A DNA stretch of 64,000 nucleotides from a bacterium (GTDB taxonomy: Bacteria > UBA8248). The stretch is from NCBI GenBank assembly GCA_965261085.1, contig OZ253442.1:832001-896000 (forward strand). Reading direction: 5' to 3'. The position numbers were made by a program, and so were the translations under genes. The notes below the pieces were generated by a model. That model was not told the DNA's origin, searched no databases, and saw only the letters and a list, made by a program, of their open reading frames with translations. Positions 1-10,081 of this stretch are shown one piece after another. Numbering within the stretch: position 1 is the first letter of the stretch; every line of letters begins with the position of its first letter.

Positions 1-1
1 G

Positions 2-187
2 CAAATTGCGGAACGGATGAGCGTACTCCTGGTCGAGCACGATACGGAGGTGGTTCTCTCGATTTCGGATAAAATCACCGTGATGACGCAGGGCCGGGTG
101 ATCGCCCAGGGCTCGCCCGAGCAGATCAGCAAGGACCCGCAGGTGCAGGACGCCTACTTAGGCGCCGTCGAAGTGGGGGAGAATTGA
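2..187 (+). CDS. Branched-chain amino acid ABC transporter ATP-binding protein (LivG-like), 3' part only
   Basis: Frame from nt 2 reads ...MSVLLVEHDTEVVLSISDKITVMTQGRVIAQGSPEQISKDPQVQDAYLG..., the typical LivG C-terminus. Its TGA overlaps the next ATG (TGATG). Confidence 0.85.
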   Translation, partial: QIAERMSVLLVEHDTEVVLSISDKITVMTQGRVIAQGSPEQISKDPQVQDAYLGAVEVGEN

Positions 188-918
188 TGCTCCGGGTCTC
201 CTCGCTTCACGTCCATTACGGGAGCGCCCACGTTCTCCACGGCGTGAATATCGAGGTGGGCGCAGGCCAGATCGTCTGCCTCATCGGGCGCAATGGCGCG
301 GGCAAGAGCACGACGCTCAAGGCCATCATGGGTCTCGCGCCCGCCACTTCAGGAGAAATCGCCTTCGAGGAGCAGCGCATCGACGCCATGGCGGCCCACC
401 GGGTCGCCCGCATGGGAGTGGCCTACGTGCCTGAGGACAGGCGGCCATTCGGCTCCTTGAGCGTGGAGGAGAACATTCGCGTCGCCGCGCAGGCCAGCCC
501 GTACTCGGACGCGAACGGCGTTCGCGAGGCGCTGGCGTTTTTCCCCGTCTTAGAGGAGCGGGCCGGTCAACTGGCGGGAAGCTTGAGCGGGGGCGAGCAG
601 CAGATGCTCGTGATCGCACGCGCCCTGGTGGCGCGGCCACGGCTGATTCTGCTCGATGAGCCTACCGAGGGATTAGCACCCAGTCTCGTCCGCTCCATCA
701 GGGACGGAATCATGAAGACCCGAACCCACGGACTCTCTATTTTGCTGGTGGAGCAGAACCTCTCCCTTGCGCTGGAGGTGGGGGATTACTTCTACGTGCT
801 GAGCCGCGGTTTCGTCGCCTTCGAGGGAACGAGCGCCGAACTCCTTGCGCGAGAGGACGTGATCGCCGAACATCTGGGAGTCGGCCGGGTCAAGGAGGCC
901 CTCAAACCGCGTGAATGA
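187..918 (+). CDS. Branched-chain amino acid ABC transporter ATP-binding protein (LivF-like)
   Basis: Walker A GRNGAGKST, signature LSGGEQQ, Walker B LLDEPTEGLAP, and LVEQN. Confidence 0.9.
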   Translation: MLRVSSLHVHYGSAHVLHGVNIEVGAGQIVCLIGRNGAGKSTTLKAIMGLAPATSGEIAFEEQRIDAMAAHRVARMGVAYVPEDRRPFGSLSVEENIRVAAQASPYSDANGVREALAFFPVLEERAGQLAGSLSGGEQQMLVIARALVARPRLILLDEPTEGLAPSLVRSIRDGIMKTRTHGLSILLVEQNLSLALEVGDYFYVLSRGFVAFEGTSAELLAREDVIAEHLGVGRVKEALKPRE

Positions 919-988
919 ATCACTGCGCAGCGCCGCGAAAAAACCGAACCGCTCCGAGCCGCCCTGAACCCTGAAAAGAGAACATCCA

Positions 989-1951
989 TTGCTCGCCTAC
1001 GTGCTCGAGGAAAACGGCCCCTCGCTGAAAGAGGTGGCGCTTCCCGAGCCGTCTGGGGGCGAAGCCCTCATCCGGGTGCGGCTCGCAGGGATTTGCGCCA
1101 CCGACTTGGAACTCATTCGCGGATACATGAATTTCCGGGGTGTGCTGGGCCATGAGTTCGTGGGTGAGGTGGCGGGGCCGGAGACGCACCCGCTTCTCGG
1201 GCGAAGGGTCGTAGGCGAGATAAATTGCGGATGCGGAAGCTGCGCCTGGTGCACGCGCGGAATGGAGCGGCATTGCCCCGGCAGGAGCGTCCTCGGCATT
1301 CTCGGCCGCCCGGGAGCTTTAGCGGAATACACCTGTCTGCCGAGTCGAAACCTTCACCTCATTCCCGATGCCGTGGAAGATGAGGCGGCCGTTTTCTGCG
1401 AGCCTCTGGCCGCCTGTTTCGAGGTGATCGAGCAGTTCCCCGAGATCGTGGAGCGCGAAGTCCTGGTGATCGGGGACGGGAGGCTGGGCCTCTTGCAAAC
1501 CCAGGTGCTATGCGCCGCCGGGGCGAGAGTGGGCCTGCTGGGTCGCCACCCGGAAAAAATGGCTCTGCTCGCCCCTTTGGGAATTCCCATGTTTAGCGAA
1601 CCGGCGCAGGCCCTGTGCTCCGAAGGGGAGAGATGGCCCGTGGTGGTCGAGGCTACGGGTGCTGCCGAGGGGTTTTCCCTCGCCGTTTCGAAAACGAAGC
1701 CCCGAGGCGTGCTGGTCCTCAAGAGCACGGTGGCTTCCGAGGTTCGCCTGAATCTATCCTCTGTCGTGGTGGATGAAATCACCATCCTGGGTTCGCGCTG
1801 CGGGCCTTTCGCGCCTGCGATTCGGGCGCTCGAGACGGGTGCGCTTCACACGTCCTCGATGATTCACGGGCGTTTCACTTTGCGAGACGCGCCCGAAGCG
1901 TTTGAAAAAGCTAGTGAAAAGGGCATAATCAAGGTGTTGCTCCGGCCCTAG
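989..1951 (+). CDS. Zn-dependent alcohol dehydrogenase (MDR family)
   Basis: GICATD, GHEFVG, structural Zn CGSCAWC..C and Rossmann GDGRLG. TTG start. Confidence 0.88.
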   Translation: MLAYVLEENGPSLKEVALPEPSGGEALIRVRLAGICATDLELIRGYMNFRGVLGHEFVGEVAGPETHPLLGRRVVGEINCGCGSCAWCTRGMERHCPGRSVLGILGRPGALAEYTCLPSRNLHLIPDAVEDEAAVFCEPLAACFEVIEQFPEIVEREVLVIGDGRLGLLQTQVLCAAGARVGLLGRHPEKMALLAPLGIPMFSEPAQALCSEGERWPVVVEATGAAEGFSLAVSKTKPRGVLVLKSTVASEVRLNLSSVVVDEITILGSRCGPFAPAIRALETGALHTSSMIHGRFTLRDAPEAFEKASEKGIIKVLLRP

Positions 1952-2026
1952 GCATTATTTGTATTTTTAGTGTAGAATGTAAGGTCGATATTGCTTCATA
2001 GGGTGGTGCTCTTTAAGGAGCATTCG

Positions 2027-2920
2027 ATGAGAGGCCTCACGGGGATGGCCTTGATATTGTTGCTGCTTGCTTCGGCTTGGAGTGTGGGGGTGTCTGCGGC
2101 CACGCCGGAGACACCCGAGGCGATAGAGCAAAGACGCGTTTCCCGTCTCGTCTCCCATCTCAAGCGACTGGAGAAGCCCGAGGATTGGCTGCTGGTCCGC
2201 AAGTTTTTCTCCTCCGATTCGAACGTACAGCTCAACGCCCTGTCGAACTGCCCGCTCCCGGAAAACGAATGGCCCTGGTATCTCTCCTCCGATCATCTGA
2301 AACATTACGCTTTTTCGGTGGATTTCATCCCGCTCAACATGGACGCGGACAAGCACCTCGAAACCCTGATGGTCATCCAGTCGGATTACGCCAAGGACCA
2401 CTACATAACCTTTTGCCTGATGGATGACGACAAGAACGCCCGAAAGCCGCTCGCCTCCTACAGCGACTTGAGCCGCGGGCGGGAGATTACCTACCAGATA
2501 GCCGATCTGACGGCGGACGGGGCATCCGAGTTGATCGTCAATATCCGGGAAGGTTCGAACGGCCACTATTCAGATGCCGTGCGTGTCATCAGGCCGACCC
2601 GAAAGCGCCGCTTCGAACTGGTGTGGTTCGCGCGCCTGCGAGAGGAGTTGAGATGGCCGAGAGCGTATCTCGACGATGCGGGAACCCGGGCCGTTCAGAG
2701 AAGCGAAGACCTGAGCGCCAAGGTTCGTTTCCGCTTTAACGGGCCGGGCAATCCGGCCACCCTCATCGTCAAGGGGGTCAGAAAATACGAGGAGCGGGTT
2801 TTCAACCTCAAAGGCGGGGAAGAGAAAAACGGTCTCCTGGTCGATCGGTTACCGTTCGAGGAATTCTGGCGGTGGGATAAGAAAAAACTGCAATTCGTCC
2901 GTGTTTTCGATTCGAGATAA
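2027..2920 (+). CDS. Exported hypothetical protein with DxDxDG/FG-GAP-like loops
   Basis: RBS AAGGAG before ATG 2027, N-terminal signal peptide, motifs NMDADKHLE and DLTADGASELIV. Confidence 0.7.
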   Translation: MRGLTGMALILLLLASAWSVGVSAATPETPEAIEQRRVSRLVSHLKRLEKPEDWLLVRKFFSSDSNVQLNALSNCPLPENEWPWYLSSDHLKHYAFSVDFIPLNMDADKHLETLMVIQSDYAKDHYITFCLMDDDKNARKPLASYSDLSRGREITYQIADLTADGASELIVNIREGSNGHYSDAVRVIRPTRKRRFELVWFARLREELRWPRAYLDDAGTRAVQRSEDLSAKVRFRFNGPGNPATLIVKGVRKYEERVFNLKGGEEKNGLLVDRLPFEEFWRWDKKKLQFVRVFDSR

Positions 2921-2953
2921 AAAGAGCGTCTCCGCTTTTCCGGAAAGGTTGTT

Positions 2954-4501
2954 GTGAAACCCTTGAACTCCCCTCGCCCCGTCATGCTCATTGTTCTGGA
3001 TGGATGGGGATTATCCGGCGAGCATGCCCATAACGCCGTCGCATTGGCCGATACCCCGACCATGGATACCCTGCTCTCGCACCGTCCCCATACCCGCCTC
3101 CTCACCTCCGGGCGCGCCGTGGGGCTTCCTGACGGGCAAATGGGCAATTCCGAAGTGGGGCATCTCAATCTCGGCGCGGGCCGGGTGGTGGATCAGGTCA
3201 TCGTTCGCATCGACCGCTCCATCGAGAGCGGCGATTTTTTTGAACTTTCCCCGTTCGTCGAGTGTATTCAAAAAGCCGGGTCGGGAGGCGGCGCCCTGCA
3301 CATCCTCGGCCTGGTTTCGGATGGCGGCGTGCACAGTCTTCAGGCCCACGGGGTGGCGCTGGCGCGATTGGGGAGAAAAATCGGAATCGAACGCATCTTC
3401 GCCCACGCCTTCACCGACGGGAGGGATACGCCTCCCCGCTCGGGTCTGGACTTCGTCAGTCGCTATGCGGAGAACCTGCGGCGCGAGGCGGGGGCCGCGC
3501 TCGCCACCGTTATCGGACGCTACTACGCGATGGACCGCGATGAGCGATGGGAGAGAAACGAGCGGGCCTACCGGGCCCTAGTGGCAGGAGAAGGCGTCCG
3601 CGCCCAAATCGCCGCAGAGGCGATAGAGGCCTCCTATGCGCGGGGCGTGACGGATGAGTTCATCGAACCGGTGGTGCTCGGCGAAAACGGGCGCCCAGTG
3701 GGGTTGATTCGCGATGGCGACGCCGTGATCTGCATGAACTTCCGCGCGGACAGGGTGAGGCAGATCACCCGCATATTCACCGAGGATCGTTTCGATGGCT
3801 TCGACGTCTCGGGCAGACCCTCGGTTCATTACGCCTGCATGACGGAATATGACGAGCGTTTCGGGCTGCCCGTCGCGTTTCCGCCCTTGCGGATGGAGGG
3901 CCTGTTCTGCCACGCCCTGGCGGATGCGGGAAAGACTTGCCTGAGAGTCGCCGAGACGGAGAAATATCCGCACGTCACTTATTTTTTTAACGGCGGCGAG
4001 GAGGAGCCTCCCCCGGGCGAGAGGCGGCGCATGGTTCCCTCGCCCAAAGTGGCCACCTATGACTTAAAGCCCGAGATGAGCGCGGGTGAAGTGACCGAGG
4101 TGGTCCTGGATGCCATCGAGCGAGGTGATGAGGATGCCATTGTCTTAAACTACGCCAATCCGGATATGGTGGGGCACACGGGTGTGGAGAGCGCCGCCGT
4201 TTCCGCCGTGGGTCTTGTGGATTCTTGTCTCGGGCGCGTTCTCGATGCCCTGGAACGGGCCGGCGGGGCGGCGGTGATTACGGCGGACCACGGAAATTGC
4301 GAGACGATGTGGGATGCGGAAAATGATTGTCCGCACACCGCGCACACGCTGAACGAGACGCCCTGCATCGTCGTGGCGCCCGGGTTCGGCGGCCCGCTCA
4401 GATCAGGTGGCGCGCTTTGCGACGTGGCGCCCACCCTGCTGGGGTTGATGGGCGTTTCCTCTCCGCCGCAGATGACGGGGAAGGATTTGAGGATTTCATA
4501 A
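2954..4501 (+). CDS. gpmI: 2,3-bisphosphoglycerate-independent phosphoglycerate mutase
   Basis: LDGWG, GQMGNSEVGH, DGGVHS, GRYYAMDRD, AETEKYPHVT, NPDMVGHTG, TADHGN. Confidence 0.97.
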   Translation: MKPLNSPRPVMLIVLDGWGLSGEHAHNAVALADTPTMDTLLSHRPHTRLLTSGRAVGLPDGQMGNSEVGHLNLGAGRVVDQVIVRIDRSIESGDFFELSPFVECIQKAGSGGGALHILGLVSDGGVHSLQAHGVALARLGRKIGIERIFAHAFTDGRDTPPRSGLDFVSRYAENLRREAGAALATVIGRYYAMDRDERWERNERAYRALVAGEGVRAQIAAEAIEASYARGVTDEFIEPVVLGENGRPVGLIRDGDAVICMNFRADRVRQITRIFTEDRFDGFDVSGRPSVHYACMTEYDERFGLPVAFPPLRMEGLFCHALADAGKTCLRVAETEKYPHVTYFFNGGEEEPPPGERRRMVPSPKVATYDLKPEMSAGEVTEVVLDAIERGDEDAIVLNYANPDMVGHTGVESAAVSAVGLVDSCLGRVLDALERAGGAAVITADHGNCETMWDAENDCPHTAHTLNETPCIVVAPGFGGPLRSGGALCDVAPTLLGLMGVSSPPQMTGKDLRIS

Positions 4502-4602
4502 CGCTACAAGGCGGTGTATTTGACTGGTAGCGGTTTTCGGACGGTGGGCGGCGGATTCGGCGGTTTCATGATGAGGGAGCATTCATTCGGGAGGAGATAG
4601 GC

Positions 4603-5283
4603 GTGAGCGAGGGAGTCCCCGATTTTCAGGCGTTGCGCACGATGTTTCACCAGGAAGTGGAAGGGCTGACCGACGCCCAGCTCGACTGGGAGGATGCGTC
4701 GGCGGAATGGTCGCGCTGGAGCATCAGGCGGCAGATAAGCCACGTGGCGCTCGCCTATTTTTTCTGGTGGGTGAAGATGTGGGGCAAAACCCTCTGGCCG
4801 GAAAACCCGCCCGAAGACCCGGTGGATTTCACAAAAGCGGCTCCCAATCAATATGACCGCAGGCTGGATGAGGAGAAATACTGGAAGCTCGATGATTTGC
4901 TCCCCAAATTCGATGAGGCGCTCGCCTTCGCCGAGCGCGCAGCCGATGGAAAGAGTGCGGATGAATTGAAGGCGATTTCCATCACGCGCTCGTTCAAGGC
5001 GGAGTTGCTCATGGGGGATACGGACCTGCCGGTGAATCGGTTCTGGATGCACGTTTCCACGTTTCACGACGAGGGCCTCTCGCAAGACCCCGAGGATGAG
5101 ACGAAATTCACATACACTCTGGCGGGAATGCTCCGGCAGATGTACTGGGAGGCGCTCGTACACTTGCGGACCATTCATCGTCTCAAGCTGAAACAAGGGC
5201 TCACGCCCGCCGCGCAGATTCCCCGGGAGGGCTTGCTGCTCGATCCGTTTTTCTGGGGACCCGAGGATGAACCCAGGATGTGA
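4603..5283 (+). CDS. DinB/YfiT-like four-helix-bundle protein
   Basis: LTDAQLDW...WSIRRQISHV and C-terminal EALVHLRTI. RBS GGAGGAG, GTG start. Confidence 0.7.
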   Translation: MSEGVPDFQALRTMFHQEVEGLTDAQLDWEDASAEWSRWSIRRQISHVALAYFFWWVKMWGKTLWPENPPEDPVDFTKAAPNQYDRRLDEEKYWKLDDLLPKFDEALAFAERAADGKSADELKAISITRSFKAELLMGDTDLPVNRFWMHVSTFHDEGLSQDPEDETKFTYTLAGMLRQMYWEALVHLRTIHRLKLKQGLTPAAQIPREGLLLDPFFWGPEDEPRM

Positions 5284-5322
5284 GGGCGCGCGCCGCCCGC
5301 CCGTGTTTTCGAGGAGGCTTCG

Positions 5323-6126
5323 ATGCCGTTCGTAACGCTGGAATCAGGCGTAGAGATTTTCTATGAGACCCAAGGAGAGGGGCCTCCCCTTCTCCTGGTG
5401 AGCGGAACGGGCCATGATCACACCTTCTAGTCGGCGCAACTGCCCTTGCTGAGCACGGATTACCGCTGCATCGTCTTCGACAACCGGGGGGTCGGCAAGA
5501 GCACGGCTCCCGCTCCGGGATATTTCCTGGCGGACATGGCGGATGACGCCGCGGGCGTTCTCGATGCCGCAGGCGTCGAGCGCGCCCACGTCATGGGTTT
5601 TTCGATGGGCGGGCATATTTCCACCGAGCTCACGCTTCGCCACCCAGAGCGCGTCGTGAGCCTGGGGCTTCACCACACCTGGGCGAGAAACTGCGCGCGC
5701 CTGGGCTCTTTTCAGAGCGCCCGTATGCGCCTCGCCGAGCGGGGCGAGCGCGAGGCGCTCGTGGAACTGAGTCTTCTGGGGCTTTATTCCCATGAATTCT
5801 ACGATACGAACGCCGACCTGCTGGAGCAGAAAAGGCAGTGGCTCACAGAGCAATCAGGAGTCGACCTCGGCTGGGAGGGGCAACTGCGCGCCTGTCTGGA
5901 GGGGGACACCCTCGAGCGGCTTCACCAGATAAAAGTCCCCACGCTCATCACCTGTTCTGATCGCGACCTCATCGTCGACCCTCACCACGCGAAGGAAATC
6001 CACGAGCGCATCGATGGTTCCAAACTCATCATCATGGAAGGCACGGGCCACGTGGCGCTCATCGAGCGGGCAGATTTATTCGCCCGCATTTGCCATGAGT
6101 TTTTGACTTCCCTGCCGCCGGCATAG
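5323..6126 (+). pseudogene. Alpha/beta hydrolase with a single in-frame TAG at codon 36 (5428-5430); nonsense allele or recoded
   Basis: RBS GAGGAGG plus ATG 5323 reads MPFVTLESGVEIFYETQGEGPPLLLVSGTGHDHTF*SAQLP, in frame with the 5446-6126 ORF (DNRGVGKS, GFSMGG, catalytic D and GTGH intact). Confidence 0.8.
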
Positions 6127-6301
6127 AAAATCGTGGACGACCGCTTTTAGGGGCGAATGAACCGTTTGAGCTGACTTTCAGGGAGCGCATGAAGCCGCCG
6201 CCGGTTTGACAAAGGCTTTGGTCTGTTGCAAGAAAAAATCGGTTTCATCCTCTTCGACCATAAAGCCGGACGTCGTTAGCGTTCGGAAAGCGAGGTGCGC
6301 C

Positions 6302-6955
6302 ATCCTCAAGAAGATTTTCGGCTGGTTGACACAAAAGAACGACCCCCCCACTGGGGGCGGCCCGCCCCGGGCGGGCGGTGGCGGCTTCGGCCTGCCCATG
6401 GCGCCGGATCAGGCGGAGCAGGAAGCGCTTTTCGCCGAAAAAATAGAAGCCCACGGCAAGTGGCTCCAGAGTTCCGGCGCGCGCGGGGAGCGCGCCGACT
6501 TCGCGGGCGCACGTCTCGAAGCCATCAGTTTTTTCATGGTGAATCTCTCGAAAGCGAATTTGCGCGAGGCGCGTCTCGCCCGCGTCAATGCGCAATGGGC
6601 GAACCTTGATGGAGCGGATCTCACCAACGCCAACCTCGAGGGGGGCGATCTGTTCCAATCCAGCCTCGAGGGAGCGAATCTCACCGGCGCGCGGATGACC
6701 GGGGCGAAAATGATGTCGGCGGATCTCAAGTTCGCGGATTTGACGAACGCCGACCTCGGTGGAGCCGACCTGCGCGGCGCCTCGCTTCAGCGGGCGAAAC
6801 TCGGGTGCGCCAATCTCGCTGGCGCGCTCTTGGACGATGCCGACCTGGAGCTTGCCGACATCCGGGGCGTCGACCTCTCGGGTGTGAAGGGACTGACGCC
6901 CGAGCAGGCCGAAGGCGCGATCAAGGACGGGGAAACGCTTTTTCCGGGTGTGTGA
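6302..6955 (+). CDS. Pentapeptide-repeat protein (start uncertain; possible ATC start at 6302)
   Basis: Many A(D/N)LxG repeats, preceded by HGKWLQSSGARGERADF, a typical pentapeptide-protein N-cap. Confidence 0.8.
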   Translation: MLKKIFGWLTQKNDPPTGGGPPRAGGGGFGLPMAPDQAEQEALFAEKIEAHGKWLQSSGARGERADFAGARLEAISFFMVNLSKANLREARLARVNAQWANLDGADLTNANLEGGDLFQSSLEGANLTGARMTGAKMMSADLKFADLTNADLGGADLRGASLQRAKLGCANLAGALLDDADLELADIRGVDLSGVKGLTPEQAEGAIKDGETLFPGV

Positions 6956-7025
6956 GGTCGCATATCCTAGGATAAGAATATAAACCGTGGTGAAAATGAA
7001 AATCGAAAAGAAGGTATTGATTACA

Positions 7026-7454
7026 TCATGCGAGCAGAGGCTCGACTTCTGAGGATACGAGTTCTTTAATCAACCCATAATTAAGGCGCTGATTTTCCCG
7101 TTTGAGGTTTGTGATTTCATTGTCGACGAATTCGTTGATTTCAATGGCGATTCGTTTGGGGCTTTGATCCCCGTAATTTATCAAGAACTCCATTAGTTTT
7201 CCGCTGTTCTCGCCAACGAAAAAACTTATCTTGTCATTACCTTTTTGTTCTATAGCTTTTTCGTTGTCGATGTAATTGAACGCAATTCTCATTTTTCCTG
7301 GTTCTTCATCAGTATTCACTGTTAGCGATTTGGGAATATCAAACACGGACAGTGAAATAGATACTTCAACACCACCAACATTTTCATTAACTTCTTTTGC
7401 TTCGAGAAGATGATGAATGTCTTCCGAATTGAGCATGATATTTTTTTCTGTCAT
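7026..7454 (-). CDS. Hypothetical acidic cytoplasmic protein (low-GC island)
   Basis: 142-aa ORF with RBS GGGAGG, directly downstream of the GAF gene in an AT-rich block. Confidence 0.7.
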   Translation of the reverse strand: MTEKNIMLNSEDIHHLLEAKEVNENVGGVEVSISLSVFDIPKSLTVNTDEEPGKMRIAFNYIDNEKAIEQKGNDKISFFVGENSGKLMEFLINYGDQSPKRIAIEINEFVDNEITNLKRENQRLNYGLIKELVSSEVEPLLA

Positions 7455-7479
7455 AGGATTGCCTCCCGGCTACGTATAA

Positions 7480-8166
7480 CTATAGCAATTTTCCAATCGT
7501 TGCGGCAATAGATTCAAATAAGTCATTTTGTTGGGTTTTATCCAAAAATTCATTTGGATTCCTACTGTCTACAACGAGAACACCCCACCTTTTCCCATCC
7601 AGATTTCGTATGGGTGTGGCGACGATGCTTCTCGATTTAACATTCAGCTTTTTTACTTTATCCAAAGGCAAATGGCCTGAGTTAGCATATTTATCATCAT
7701 CACGCCATTCTGGTAAATTAGGATAGTTAAGAGTTGCGTTCTTGAACCATGCCTGCCCTGCAATACCTTCGTTTTCCTTTTCGTTATCGTTGTTAATCTT
7801 AAATGGTTGTACTTTTTTCTGATATTGTGTTCCTGAACGACAAAAGAATTTCAATTTAGTTTCTCTACGATTCGCCTTGAACAAGGTAGCTCGGTGATGA
7901 AACATTTCATCAGGAGGCATATTCTTGAATAATGCGTCACGTAAAATATCAAGTGCGCTTTTATAGGACGCCTTGGACATCCAATCGATATATTCTTCTA
8001 CAAAAAATGCCGTAAAGGCGATTGTACCCAAGCTAATGTATATTTTATCGCAATTGAAATTGAGTAGCTTGAGGCAATTGAAATCTAGCGACGGCAATAT
8101 CGTAAGTAAAAGAATGCATATGAATTGGCTTGCTTTGGCTGAGCGGACGATCTTTTTGTGTTGCAT
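7480..8166 (-). CDS. Membrane protein with two N-terminal hydrophobic segments and a C-terminal GAF domain
   Basis: EGIAGQAW and SRSIVATPIRNLDGKRWGVLVVDS are GAF signatures. AT-rich codon usage. Confidence 0.72.
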   Translation of the reverse strand: MQHKKIVRSAKASQFICILLLTILPSLDFNCLKLLNFNCDKIYISLGTIAFTAFFVEEYIDWMSKASYKSALDILRDALFKNMPPDEMFHHRATLFKANRRETKLKFFCRSGTQYQKKVQPFKINNDNEKENEGIAGQAWFKNATLNYPNLPEWRDDDKYANSGHLPLDKVKKLNVKSRSIVATPIRNLDGKRWGVLVVDSRNPNEFLDKTQQNDLFESIAATIGKLL

Positions 8167-8403
8167 GAAAATGCTTTCTAAGGGCTCCTAAAAGTGCTGA
8201 ATTAATATTCTCCAAATATATATCGAAAATAAAGGAAATAATAGTAGTTACATTACCCATGACACATATTCCAAATGCGGGGAAATGCGTAAAGACTTTA
8301 TCGGAATTTGTGTTTGCTCTCACCTCTCTCCTGTCTTTTTCTTTTGTGGGATTCGGTTTATGATGGATTTTTCTTGAGATTCAACGAGCAGGAGTAATAA
8401 GGC

Positions 8404-9498
8404 ATGTCGCAGACGACCCGGACGGTAGGCCATGAAGTCGATTTGGTGGAGTATTACTACGAGCAGGGCTTCTCGGACGGGCTTCCCGTCGCCCCGCCCA
8501 CGCCCGAGAAGATAGACGCCGCCGTCGCGGCCTTAGGGGGCGATAAAGACCTCATCGAGTGCCGTGTGCCTCCGCGCTGGGGCAACCTCACGAGAGAGGT
8601 TTTGGCGATCAACATGGTGATGGCGGGCTGTAAGGCGGAATACGCGCCCGTCGTCCGCGCGGCGATGCTCGCGCTTTGCGACCCGCATTTCAACCTGAAC
8701 GGCGTGCAGGCCACCACCCACATGGCGTGTCCGCTCATCGTGGTGAACGGGCCGGTTCGAGACGAGATCGGCATGAACGCGGGCTGCAACGTGTTCGGCT
8801 CGGGCAACCGCGCGAACGCGACGATAGGCCGCGCGGTGCGAATGATGCTCCTGAACGTGGGCGGCGCGTGGCCGGGCGACCTCGACAAGAGCACGCTGGG
8901 CTGCCCCACGAAATACACTTACTGCATTGCGGAGAACGAAGAGGCGAGCCCATGGGCGCCCTATCACGTAGAACATGGCTACGCGCCTGAGGATTCCACG
9001 GTCTTCGCCATCGCGGCCGAGGCGCCCCACAGCGTGACGAACCACATTTCGGACGATCCCGAGGGCATACTCGACAGCATTTGTTCGGCGATGAGCACGA
9101 TTGCGCACAATAATTCGGTGAGCAGCGGCTCGTGCGCCGTCGTCATCAGCCCTGAGCACGCGGCCACCATCACCGCGAAGAGCTGGACGCGAAACGACGT
9201 GAAAAGCTATCTGTGGATGCACACCAAGAACACGTTCGCCGATATCTCGTTCAACCATCGCTACGGAAAAATCTATAACCGAAACATCCCCAAGTGGTAC
9301 AGGCGCGAACCGGACGAGAGAATACCCATCGTGCCGAGCCCTGAGAACATGCACCTGTTCGTGGTGGGTGGGGAGGCGGGGCGTTTTTCGGCGTACATCC
9401 CCGGTTGGGGCCACATGACGAATCCGGTGCTGCGGGCGATAGACGGAAGAGCGCTCGAAGGCGGCCCCGTCTGCGTGGACGGCACCTGTCTGCTTTAG
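8404..9498 (+). CDS. Conserved uncharacterised protein of the type found next to or fused with UGSC (seleno)proteins
   Basis: Motifs SDGLPVAPPT, AINMVMAGC, NRANATIGRA and AENEEASPW. C-terminal CVDGTC. Confidence 0.8.
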   Translation: MSQTTRTVGHEVDLVEYYYEQGFSDGLPVAPPTPEKIDAAVAALGGDKDLIECRVPPRWGNLTREVLAINMVMAGCKAEYAPVVRAAMLALCDPHFNLNGVQATTHMACPLIVVNGPVRDEIGMNAGCNVFGSGNRANATIGRAVRMMLLNVGGAWPGDLDKSTLGCPTKYTYCIAENEEASPWAPYHVEHGYAPEDSTVFAIAAEAPHSVTNHISDDPEGILDSICSAMSTIAHNNSVSSGSCAVVISPEHAATITAKSWTRNDVKSYLWMHTKNTFADISFNHRYGKIYNRNIPKWYRREPDERIPIVPSPENMHLFVVGGEAGRFSAYIPGWGHMTNPVLRAIDGRALEGGPVCVDGTCLL

Positions 9499-9526
9499 AA
9501 TTTGAGAGAGAATAGGAGGAAGAGCC

Positions 9527-10069
9527 ATGAGTGACGTCATCACCGGCCAGGTGGTCTACGACCCTAGAGGGGTGGTCGAGGCCCAAGCGCAACCCACCGC
9601 AAAGCGTGTCCGGAATTTGAAGGGCTTAAAGCTCGGCGTCCTGGACAACACCAAGTGGAACGGGCGCAGGCTGCTCGAGAAGACCACGGCGCTGATGGAG
9701 GCGGAAGGTCCCTTTTCCGAGGTGCATTACTACAAGAAAGAGAGTTTTTCCAAGAACGCGGCGCCTGAGTTGATCGCCCAAATCGCAAAGGAGAACGACG
9801 TCGTCCTGACGGCGATTGGCGACTGAGGCTCCTGCACTTCGTGCTGTATGCACGATGCGATCTCCCTGGAAGAAAAAGGGGTGCCCACCGCCGTGGTGGT
9901 GACGGAGGTTTTCCTGCATGAGGCCCACGTGCAAAGGGCGGCCTTGGGCATGGACGGTCTCGACCCCGTGGTCATTCAACACCCCCTGAGCACGCTTTCG
10001 GATGAGGAAATCTCCGCGCGCGCGAGCGATGCTGCTCTCCAGGCGGTGAAGGTTCTCCTCGGCGGATAG
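9527..10069 (+). CDS. UGSC-family selenoprotein (Sec at codon 100, TGA 9824-9826)
   Basis: ORFs 9527-9826 and 9848-10069 are in one frame and read TAIGD-U-GSCTSCCMHDAISLEEKGVPT. RBS AGGAGG. A SECIS-like hairpin follows. Confidence 0.92.
9834..9858 (+). promoter_or_regulatory. Putative bacterial SECIS element
   Basis: gca-ct-TCGTGC-tgtat-GCACGA-tgc; the loop starts 18 nt after the UGA and has G at loop position 2. Confidence 0.65.
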
Positions 10070-10081
10070 TTTAATCTTTTC

